Source of the DNA: Burkholderiales bacterium
Lineage (GTDB): Bacteria; Pseudomonadota; Gammaproteobacteria; Burkholderiales; Usitatibacteraceae
Length of the DNA stretch: 64,000 nt
Assembly (NCBI GenBank): GCA_031381925.1
Contig: JANMYH010000234.1
Location: 2,676-66,675, forward strand
Reading direction: 5' to 3'
Shown: positions 26,297 through 34,360 of the stretch, in pieces
Layout: the number at the start of each line of letters is the position of its first letter
Numbering within the stretch: position 1 is the first letter of the stretch
Program-made: the position numbers and the translations under genes
Notes under the pieces: model-generated
What the model saw: only the letters and a program-made list of their open reading frames with translations
Told to the model about the DNA's origin: nothing
Databases searched by the model: none

Positions 26297-27460
26297 ATGT
26301 CCACCGGCAGCGAAGCCTTAAAGAGACGCGTAGCGCTGAAGCTCGCGAAGGTGCCCGTGCTGGGTCCGACGGCGATCAACCTGTACCTGCGCAGAAAATA
26401 CTGCGATCGTGTCGTCACTGCCGCCAAGGTGGAAAATTTCATCCAGGCGCAACAGGACAAGTTCGACCGCGCCGTAGAAGTCAAGTCGCTCCCCTGGATC
26501 GTCAACCTCGATACGTTCAGCGGGTGCAACTTGAAGTGCCCCTTCTGCCCCACCGGCACCGACCAGATGGAGCGGCGCAAGGGACACATGCCGATGGAGC
26601 AGGCGAAGCGAGTGATCGACCTGGTCAAGGATCATGCGCTCGAGATCCGGCTCTACAACTGGGGAGAGCCGTTCCTGAATCCCGACATCTTCGAGATCGT
26701 CCGGTACGCCCGCGACGCGGGTTTGTTCACGGTCATCAGCTCGAACCTCAGCGTCAAGGTGAAGGACCTGCCCCGGAAGGTGGTCGACTCGGGACTCGAC
26801 CGCCTTACGGCGAGCATCGACGGGATCTCCCAGAAAGCCCTCGAGACCTACCGTCGCAAGGCGGACGCGACGTTGTGCTTTGCCAACATCAAGGCCATCG
26901 GCGAGGAGAAGGCCCGCCAGGGAGTGACCCACCCATCCGTCGAGCTGAGGTTCCTGGTCTTCAAGCACAACGAGCATGAACTCGGCCAGCTAGAAGCCAA
27001 GCGCCGCGAGGTCGGCGCCGACCTGTTCCTGCCCCGCCGCGCCTTCATCTTCCACGACTCCTTCATTCCGAAGCATCCCGACTTCCAGCCGATCAAGCAG
27101 ATCTTCCACGGCACGTGCGATTTCCTGTACTCCGAACTGACGGTCGAGGCTACCGGCGCGGTCTCTCCCTGCTGCACCAACACATCGGCGAAATGGGACG
27201 TCGGCACCATCGAGGACCTCGGCGATCTGCGGGAATTCTGGAATGCGCCGATCTATCGCGCCATGCGGGCCTTCAACGCTGGAAGGAAGGATGCCGAAAG
27301 CCTTGCGCCGGGCCGCGAGATCCTCTGCAAGACATGCGACCTGGTCGACCACCCGAACTGCGGAGCCGGCCGGCTCTCGCCGCTACCCCCCTCATTCCAG
27401 GCCGCCGGGATCACGTATGCGCACGGCCTGGACAACCATCAGGCGCGGCAATTCGACTGA
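26297..27460 (+). CDS. radical SAM enzyme with SPASM/twitch-type C-terminal domain
   Basis: 'SGCNLKCPFCPTG' (CxxxCxxC). C-terminal 'CDFLYSELTVEATGAVSPCC' (C-x12-G-x4-C) and 'CKTCDLVDHPNC'. Start trimmed to ATG 26297. Confidence 0.8.
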   Translation: MSTGSEALKRRVALKLAKVPVLGPTAINLYLRRKYCDRVVTAAKVENFIQAQQDKFDRAVEVKSLPWIVNLDTFSGCNLKCPFCPTGTDQMERRKGHMPMEQAKRVIDLVKDHALEIRLYNWGEPFLNPDIFEIVRYARDAGLFTVISSNLSVKVKDLPRKVVDSGLDRLTASIDGISQKALETYRRKADATLCFANIKAIGEEKARQGVTHPSVELRFLVFKHNEHELGQLEAKRREVGADLFLPRRAFIFHDSFIPKHPDFQPIKQIFHGTCDFLYSELTVEATGAVSPCCTNTSAKWDVGTIEDLGDLREFWNAPIYRAMRAFNAGRKDAESLAPGREILCKTCDLVDHPNCGAGRLSPLPPSFQAAGITYAHGLDNHQARQFD

Positions 27461-27490
27461 GCATCGCAGCCGCAGCGTAGTGGACGAAAA

Positions 27491-28654
27491 TTGAAACGCC
27501 CCCTGCGAGTTGCAATCGCCTGCCCCGGCGTCGGTCTCTCGCAGCGGGGATTTGAGCGGATGTTCCACGACCTGTTCAGGTTGATGGAAGGGGAACTGGA
27601 CGTCACCCTCTTCAAGGGTGGCGGCGCGGCGAGCGATCGGGAGAGGGTGCTGACATTCCTGCCGCGAAACGGGCGCTTCGTGAGGACGTTTCCGATCCAC
27701 CGCCTGCTGGGCCGAACGCCGATCCATGTCGAGTGCATGACGTTCGGGCTATCCTTGCTGCCGTTCTTGCGCGGGAACCACTTCGATGTGGTGCACTGCA
27801 TCGATCCCTCGCTGGCCCGAATCCTCTACAAGCTGCGGCGGCTGTTCGGCCTGCAGTTCAGGCTGCTCTACACCCACGGCGTTACGATGCCACCCGCCGA
27901 CTACCCTCCCGCGGACCACTGTCATCATGTGGCCGAGCGGCCCTATCTCGAGGCGCTCGGCGCCGGCATTCCGGCCGGCGCAATGACGCTGGTGCCGTGC
28001 GGGTTCCACCCGGAGCGGTTCGACGCGCCGAAGAGCCGGGAGGAACTGCGCCGCGAATACGGGCTTCCGGCGGACGCCTTCGTGGTCCTGTCGGTCGCGG
28101 CGCTCAATCGCTCGCACAAGCGCATCCACCACCTCATCGACGAAGTGGCACGGCTGCGAGGCAACTACGTGCTGTGGCTCGACGCAAGCATGGACCAGGG
28201 CGAACCGGACCTGGTCGCGTACGCGCGTTCGCGCCTGGGTGATCGCTGCAGGATCACCCACGTGCCCTCCTCGAAGGTGGGTGAGCTCTACAGGATGGCC
28301 GACGTCATGGCACACGCGTCGGTCTTCGAGTCATTCGGGCTTTCGATCGTCGAGGCTGCCTCCGCGGGCCTGCCGGTCATCACTCACGACACGCCGCACT
28401 TCAGGTGGCTGCTGCCCAACCCGCAGGCGTGGCTCGACATGACGTTGCCGGGCGCGCTGGCGAGCCGCCTGTCGTTCCTGATGGCCCATCCGGAATCGCT
28501 CCGGGCGGTCCAGTGCGGGGAAGCCGTGCGGCAACGATTCTCCTGGAACCTGCTCCGACAGGATTACAAGGCATTGTACGAGCGGGTCTCGGAACTTCCG
28601 CTGGCAGGCCAAAGCGGTACAAGCAAGAACTATTTCTGGCAGCTCCATGGATAG
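27491..28654 (+). CDS. family 4 (GT-B) glycosyltransferase
   Basis: TTG start. 'RVAIACPGVGLSQRGFE' and 'SVFESFGLSIVEAASAGLPVITHDTPHFRWLL' (EX7E region). Confidence 0.75.
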   Translation: MKRPLRVAIACPGVGLSQRGFERMFHDLFRLMEGELDVTLFKGGGAASDRERVLTFLPRNGRFVRTFPIHRLLGRTPIHVECMTFGLSLLPFLRGNHFDVVHCIDPSLARILYKLRRLFGLQFRLLYTHGVTMPPADYPPADHCHHVAERPYLEALGAGIPAGAMTLVPCGFHPERFDAPKSREELRREYGLPADAFVVLSVAALNRSHKRIHHLIDEVARLRGNYVLWLDASMDQGEPDLVAYARSRLGDRCRITHVPSSKVGELYRMADVMAHASVFESFGLSIVEAASAGLPVITHDTPHFRWLLPNPQAWLDMTLPGALASRLSFLMAHPESLRAVQCGEAVRQRFSWNLLRQDYKALYERVSELPLAGQSGTSKNYFWQLHG

Positions 28655-29612
28655 TCGCGTGGTGCTGTCCATCATCATCGTCAACTGGAATGTCCGCGAC
28701 CTGGCACGCAAGTGCCTCCTGTCGGTCAGGCGGGAGATGCTGCTGCCTGTCGAGGAATACGAGTTGATCGTTGTCGACAATGCATCCGGTGACGGCAGCG
28801 CCGAAATGTTTCGCGCCGAGTTCCCCGACATCACGCTGATCGAAAGCCCGACCAACCTAGGCTTCGGCGCGGGCTGCAACAAGGCATACAAGCTCGCAAG
28901 GGGTGCCTTCGTACTGCTGCTCAACCCGGACACCGAGGTGATCGACCACGCCGTGGATGGCCTCCTGGAGATCATGCGCTCGCGCGCAGCCGCGGGAATC
29001 GTCGCGCCGCGATTGGTGCACGAAGACCTGTCCTTTCAGCCGGCCTCCGGGGGGGCGCTGCCCACGCTGCGCAACGTCGCGTGGAACTACCTGTTCCTCA
29101 AGGATATCCTGCCCGGATTCATCGCGCCGCCCGCGCTGTTTCTCGAAGGCGACCCGCAGGGGCTGTTGAGCATCGACTGGGTGTCGGGAGCGTCGATGCT
29201 GCTGCGCCGGGAAGCAATCGGCGAGCAGATATTCGACGAATCGTTCTTCATGTTCGGCGAGGACATGGAGGTGTGCGACAGGGTTCGCCGCGACGGATGG
29301 GAGGTGCTCTATTCAAGCCGCCATTCGATCATCCATCACCATGGCAGGAGCTTCGACCAGCAGGAGTCTCTCGAGGTCCGCGCAACTGCGCATAGCGGGC
29401 CGCGGCGGGTATTCGAGAGGGGCCGGGGCCCGATCAGCGTCCTTCTCTACGACGCGATACTGATGACGGGTTATCTGATCCGCTGGGCCTTGTACCGGGC
29501 CCTTGCGCTGGTCCGGCCGGGCCGCGGCTACGAGGATCGCTCGAAATTCAGCAAGGCCTACGTGCAAGCCATGCTGCACGGCCCACGAAATCGCGGAGAA
29601 CCTCGAACCTAG
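28647..29612 (+). CDS. family 2 glycosyltransferase
   Basis: 'LSIIIVNWNVRDLARKCLLSV', 'LIVVDNASGDGS', 'NLGFGAGCN', 'LLLNPDTEV'. Confidence 0.8.
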   Translation: MDSRVVLSIIIVNWNVRDLARKCLLSVRREMLLPVEEYELIVVDNASGDGSAEMFRAEFPDITLIESPTNLGFGAGCNKAYKLARGAFVLLLNPDTEVIDHAVDGLLEIMRSRAAAGIVAPRLVHEDLSFQPASGGALPTLRNVAWNYLFLKDILPGFIAPPALFLEGDPQGLLSIDWVSGASMLLRREAIGEQIFDESFFMFGEDMEVCDRVRRDGWEVLYSSRHSIIHHHGRSFDQQESLEVRATAHSGPRRVFERGRGPISVLLYDAILMTGYLIRWALYRALALVRPGRGYEDRSKFSKAYVQAMLHGPRNRGEPRT

Positions 29613-31717
29613 GGTTCGGCCCCCACCATACTGGCCACGCCGCGGCCGGGTTTGGCGGCGCCGCCCGGCCTGCAGGGCACGCATTCCCGGACCTGCCAAT
29701 CGACCTTGATGCGCGTGACCATCTTCGACAGCGCCTTGATGTGCGTCGTCCAGACCGCAAGCGCGCTCTCCAGTTCGCGGCTGCCCTCCTCGCTCAACCG
29801 GAACTCCACCTCCCTGGCGCTTGCATGGCGGTACTCGTTCGGGTCTCCCAGCTCCCCCTGAGCGATCCAGGACGGGAAGTCGTAATGCAGGGTCGCCCGC
29901 GCTGAGGAGAGGATCGAATTGGTGTCGTGGCCCGAGGCGTGCAACAACTTGATGTAGGAGTGGAAATCCTTCCAGAAGACGTCGAAGGCGCGGATCTCCT
30001 TGTCGACGCCGCGCTCCTCGAGCAACGCCCGCGTCGCGTTCATCGCCGCATCGCACACCTCGCCCCAGAGATGGAACGAGGCGATTGCGCGGTAGCGGTA
30101 CATGAGGTTGTCGCCGATCTCGCCGCTCTGCAGCTTCTGGAAATTGTCCGCCCTCGAATAGAACTCGATGCAGGCCTCGGGCGTGGTGAAGAGCTCGCCC
30201 TTGGTCTCCGCCACGAAGCTGTCGAGGAACGCCTTCATCGCAGGGCTGCCGTTCTCCATGGCAGGAAGCATGCGCGACCACCACTCGGAATTCTTGATTC
30301 CGTGCGCGCGCGCAAACTTCGCTACCTGCTCGAACCAGCCGTCATTCCAGAAGACGCTGCTGACGAGGTGCCACTTGCGGCAGGTGACGTAGTCGTCGAA
30401 CGGCAGCGTATCGGTCGCAACGATGATCTCCTCGACGTCGAAGACCTTCTCGCTCTCGTACACGCCGTAGTTCTTCGGCAGCACCCGGAAGCGGGTGTCG
30501 AACTTGAACAGCGCGCGCGACTCGAGGGACTCGAGCTCCGCGCCCTTCAGCATCATCGCCTGGAAGTTGTGCATCTGGTGGATGTTGCTGTCGAGCAGCT
30601 GGTGAAGTCCGCGCAAATGGCTCGTGAGCGACTCGCCGGGAAGCCCCAGGATCAGGTCGGAAACCGAGCGCAGGCCACGGCCGCGCATGTGAACCTCGAG
30701 CACCTTGTAGGCCTCGAGCTTGATGCTCTCGCGCTTCACCTTGCGCAGCACTTCCTCGTCGAGCGACTGCACCGCCTGGTAGAGAACCAGCGCGCCGCTC
30801 ACCTTCTCGACCGACTTGATGATGCGCTCCGGCTTGTTCTTTCCGGTGGTGGCGTCGATGAAAGTGGGCCACCCGTAGTCCTTCTGCATCTGGCCGATAT
30901 GCGAGGAGATGTCGATGTCGCGCTCGTACATGCCGTAGTTCGAATCGGCGATGCGCAGCGTCCCCATGTTGGGCGAATGGCTCTTGATGCGCCTGGCGAT
31001 GTAGGTGATCTCCTCCTTGATGCGATCCGCCGAAAAGTTGTGGATCTTGGAGTAGTACTTGGTTCCCTGCACGCAAAAGGTGCAGGTGAACGGGCAGCCT
31101 CGGTTGGTCTCGATCATCGGCGCGAGCTTGCCGTCGAAGAACTCGTCCTGGATGCCGGTGAGGAAGGGCGACGGGATGTCCTGCACCTCCTTGTGGCGCG
31201 GCTTGGTTTCGTCGATCGCGGCGTGCCCCTCCGGGTTGCGGAATACCGACGATGGGAGACCGACCGCGCCCAGAGCCTTTATCGACTTGCCCGCATCCAT
31301 GAACGTCTGGACGATGTGGTGCGCGAGGAAATCGCCCTCGCCCAGGGCATACACGTCGAGGTGCGGGTACTTGGCGAGATACGCAAGCTGCCGCTCGGGC
31401 TCGATCGAGATGTTGGGCCCGCCCATCACGGTGAGGATGTTCGGGTTTATCGCCTTGGCCGCCCTGAAGAAATAGTGGCTCAGCGCCTCGTTCCAGACGT
31501 AATTGCTGAGCATCAGCACGTCCGGGGGAGAGGCCTTGATGGCCTCGAGCAGGCTCTCGGCATAGACGAAGATCCGCGAGTCGATCTCGCGGGCCGTGTC
31601 GTCCCGGTCCATGACGGCCTTCATGTACGCCACACCAAGCGGCATGCAATCATTCGCAAGCACGCCTGAATAGTTGTAGCGCAGGTCGCCCAGAAAGACT
31701 CGCGTAGCCATGGTCAT
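29609..31717 (-). CDS. B12-binding-domain radical SAM enzyme (class B-like), about 700 aa
   Basis: N-terminal cobalamin-binding-like domain ('VLMLSNYVWN...ILTVMGGPN'), then 'ETNRGCPFTCTFCVQG' (CxxxCxxC). Start trimmed to ATG 31717 (ATG 31711 is also possible). Confidence 0.8.
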   Translation of the reverse strand: MTMATRVFLGDLRYNYSGVLANDCMPLGVAYMKAVMDRDDTAREIDSRIFVYAESLLEAIKASPPDVLMLSNYVWNEALSHYFFRAAKAINPNILTVMGGPNISIEPERQLAYLAKYPHLDVYALGEGDFLAHHIVQTFMDAGKSIKALGAVGLPSSVFRNPEGHAAIDETKPRHKEVQDIPSPFLTGIQDEFFDGKLAPMIETNRGCPFTCTFCVQGTKYYSKIHNFSADRIKEEITYIARRIKSHSPNMGTLRIADSNYGMYERDIDISSHIGQMQKDYGWPTFIDATTGKNKPERIIKSVEKVSGALVLYQAVQSLDEEVLRKVKRESIKLEAYKVLEVHMRGRGLRSVSDLILGLPGESLTSHLRGLHQLLDSNIHQMHNFQAMMLKGAELESLESRALFKFDTRFRVLPKNYGVYESEKVFDVEEIIVATDTLPFDDYVTCRKWHLVSSVFWNDGWFEQVAKFARAHGIKNSEWWSRMLPAMENGSPAMKAFLDSFVAETKGELFTTPEACIEFYSRADNFQKLQSGEIGDNLMYRYRAIASFHLWGEVCDAAMNATRALLEERGVDKEIRAFDVFWKDFHSYIKLLHASGHDTNSILSSARATLHYDFPSWIAQGELGDPNEYRHASAREVEFRLSEEGSRELESALAVWTTHIKALSKMVTRIKVDWQVRECVPCRPGGAAKPGRGVASMVGAEP

Positions 31718-31742
31718 CCTTTCGCCCTTCGGCCCCTGCGGG

Positions 31743-32825
31743 CTATGGCGTCGATACGCTCTCTTGCTCTTCTCTGAGGAATTGATGGTACCACTCGATG
31801 GTGCGCCGCAGCCCCTCGTCCATGCCATGGCGCGGCGACCACGCGAGGAGCTTGCGCGCCTTGCTGGCATCGAGGTATTGCTCGCGGATCTCCGACGAGG
31901 CGATGTTCTGCACGACCGGGCGCAGGTCCGCGCGGCCCATCATCGCGAGAATCTTCTCGGTCAGCTCGAGCATGGTCGGGCGAAGCTCGAGCCCGAAGTT
32001 GAACGCCTCGCCCGCGAGGGACTCCTCGCCCGCAAGCCGCTCAGCCAAGGTCAGGTAGGCATCCGCCGCATCCTCGACGTACAGGAAATCGCGCACGAAC
32101 TTGCCGTCGCTTCGGATGAGGAACGGCTCGCCGCGCACCGTGGCCCGGATCACCCCCGGGACGAGCCGGCTGAAGTTCAGGTCGCCTCCACCAAAGATGT
32201 TGCCGCAGCGGCCTACGGCCGCCCGCACCCCGAAGGTGCGCGCATACATGGTGGTGATCAGGTCGGCGCAGCTCTTCGAGACGTCGTATGGAAACCGTCC
32301 CTGCAGCGGGTGATCCTCGCGGTATGGCAGGCTTGACGAATCCCCGTACGCCTTGTCCGATGACGCCACGAGGACCTGGTTCACGCCCGCCTGACGCGCG
32401 GCCTCGAGCAGCATCCAGGTGCCGCGCACATTGGCTTCGAGCGTGCCGACCGGGTCCCGCTTGGCTACCCCGACGAGCGTCTGCGCTCCGAGGTGGAACA
32501 CCGTGTCGATCGAATACTCGGCGAATGCCCGGCGCAGCAGCCCGTCGTCGCACAGCGCCCCCTGCACCGTAACGATGCGCGACATCCAGCCTTCGCGCAC
32601 CAGGCGGTTGCGCGGGGAACCGTCGCGTACCAGCGCGACCACGAACGCTCCGCGGCGTACCAGCTCGGGCACCAGCCAGCTGCCGAGCAGCCCCGTGGCT
32701 CCCGTGACCAGGACCGGGCGTCCATCCCACGAGAAATGTGAAACGGGCGTCTCCCCTTGGGCGGTTGTCAGCGGTTCGCCAATCCGGCGTGGCGCGGCAC
32801 CCACGGCACGTCGCCGCCCACGCAT
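31743..32825 (-). CDS. rfbG: NDP-hexose 4,6-dehydratase, CDP-glucose 4,6-dehydratase-like
   Basis: 'SWDGRPVLVTGATGLLGSWL', 'SSDKAYG', 'YDVSKSCADL' (YxxxK) resemble RfbG. Lies next to rfbF. Start uncertain: ATG 32825, GTG 32804 or CTG 32771. Confidence 0.65.
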   Translation of the reverse strand: MRGRRRAVGAAPRRIGEPLTTAQGETPVSHFSWDGRPVLVTGATGLLGSWLVPELVRRGAFVVALVRDGSPRNRLVREGWMSRIVTVQGALCDDGLLRRAFAEYSIDTVFHLGAQTLVGVAKRDPVGTLEANVRGTWMLLEAARQAGVNQVLVASSDKAYGDSSSLPYREDHPLQGRFPYDVSKSCADLITTMYARTFGVRAAVGRCGNIFGGGDLNFSRLVPGVIRATVRGEPFLIRSDGKFVRDFLYVEDAADAYLTLAERLAGEESLAGEAFNFGLELRPTMLELTEKILAMMGRADLRPVVQNIASSEIREQYLDASKARKLLAWSPRHGMDEGLRRTIEWYHQFLREEQESVSTP

Positions 32826-33493
32826 AGCTTCTCGAGTTCCATCTGGTCCTTGCTGGTATCCATCGACTTCCAGAAGCCCGTGTGCCGATTCACGAAAAGG
32901 CGGCCGCGGCGGGCGAAATCGGGAAGCACGTCCTGCTCCAGGTTGTGGCCGCGCCACTCTTCCAGCGCCAGCTTCTCGAACACGAAAAACCCGGCGTTGA
33001 TCCAGTAGTCGGCGATCAGCGGCTTTTCCTCGAAGCGCTCCACCCTTCCGTCGGCGTCGAATACGACGAGGCCGTACTGTGACCGCAGGGGCACGGTCGT
33101 GAGCGTGGCAAGGGCCCCGGAGCGCTTGTGCCCCTCGAGCAGCGCGTGCAGGTCAAGGTCGCCCAGGCCGTCGCCATAGGTGGCAAAGAAGCGCTCGCCG
33201 ACGTAGGCGCCGCACCGCTGGATTCGATCCCCGGTATCGGCATCGTCCCCGGTATCGACGATCTTCACATTCCATTCCGCGAAGCGGCCGTCGAAGTAGT
33301 CGTAGAGCATCTCGATGCGGTGGCCGCCGGCGAGCACGAAGTCCGTGTACCCCTGCGCGGCGTAGGTGCGCATGAGATGCACCAGGATCGGGGTGCCGTT
33401 GACTGGCATCATCACCTTGGGAAAGTATTCTGTGAACGGGTAGGAGCGCGTCCCCTTGCCGCCGCACAGGATGACGACCTTCATCTGCTCCAT
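32768..33493 (-). CDS. rfbF: glucose-1-phosphate cytidylyltransferase
   Basis: 'KVVILCGGKGTRS', 'WNVKIVDTGDDADTGDRI', 'FFATYGDGLGDLDL', 'INAGFFVF', 'HTGFWKSMDTSKD' align block-for-block with Salmonella RfbF as I recall it. Start trimmed to ATG 33493. Confidence 0.8.
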   Translation of the reverse strand: MEQMKVVILCGGKGTRSYPFTEYFPKVMMPVNGTPILVHLMRTYAAQGYTDFVLAGGHRIEMLYDYFDGRFAEWNVKIVDTGDDADTGDRIQRCGAYVGERFFATYGDGLGDLDLHALLEGHKRSGALATLTTVPLRSQYGLVVFDADGRVERFEEKPLIADYWINAGFFVFEKLALEEWRGHNLEQDVLPDFARRGRLFVNRHTGFWKSMDTSKDQMELEKLCVGGDVPWVPRHAGLANR

Positions 33494-33552
33494 TGCCGGG
33501 TCATCCCTGTCGTTCCTGTCGTTCCTGTGAGGATTGAGCCTGATCGGACTTG

Positions 33553-34329
33553 TCATGGGACGATGCTCTGGATGAGCTTGTAGTTGAGGTAGATCTGGTA
33601 GGGCACGAGTACGTCGGAAAGCGCGCGGAAAATCTGCGCGCGACCGGACTCCGGGACGAACACGATGTCGTCAGCCCTCAGCATCGTGGCGGCCAGCGAG
33701 AGATACGGACCGGGCTGGCTCATGGAGAAGCCGCCCCCGGCAGGAATGGCCTCGAGATAACCCTCTTCCGAAATTCGAATGATCGTGATTTCGCTCTCGC
33801 TTCCCGTGCGCAGGGCACCCCCTGCCGCGGCGAGAGCCTGTGCGACGGTGACTGCATTGCGGGCCGGAAAGGCGCCGGGCGTGCGCACGTCTCCCAGGAC
33901 GTAGACGGTGGGCTGGCGCACCTGGACGGGAATCACCGTAACCTCCGGCTTCACCAGCCGTGCCGAGAGCGCCGCGGTCACGCTGACCGCAAGCTCCCGG
34001 GGCGTGAGGCCCGCGGCCTTTACCTCCTGCACCAGCGGCAGCGACACGAAACCGTCCGGGCGGATCACGACGGTGCGCGAGTTCTCCGGCGAGCGCCATA
34101 CCACGACCTCGACCTGGTCGCCGGCGACAAGTATGTATTCCTTCTGGAAACGAACCGAGGATCGGATGATCTCCTGCGAGGCCGAGACCTGGCTCGTGTC
34201 GCTCCGCGCAAGCGAGCAGCCCGTGGCCACCAGAGCGAGCAGCGCCGCGAGACACAGCGCCGCGACGCTCCGTGCGGGGGCCGCGTTATCCTTCACTGAG
34301 ACGCATTGCGTACGCACGTTGCCTTCCAT
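33553..34329 (-). CDS. outer-membrane polysaccharide export lipoprotein (Wza-like; Poly_export + SLBB)
   Basis: Lipobox 'LVATGC'. 'YILVAGDQVEVVVW', 'IRPDGFVSLPLVQEVKAAGLTPRELA', 'VYVLGDVRTPGAFP'. Confidence 0.75.
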   Translation of the reverse strand: MEGNVRTQCVSVKDNAAPARSVAALCLAALLALVATGCSLARSDTSQVSASQEIIRSSVRFQKEYILVAGDQVEVVVWRSPENSRTVVIRPDGFVSLPLVQEVKAAGLTPRELAVSVTAALSARLVKPEVTVIPVQVRQPTVYVLGDVRTPGAFPARNAVTVAQALAAAGGALRTGSESEITIIRISEEGYLEAIPAGGGFSMSQPGPYLSLAATMLRADDIVFVPESGRAQIFRALSDVLVPYQIYLNYKLIQSIVP

Positions 34330-34360
34330 CCTCTCGATCAGGGCCCAATGGCGGGATATG

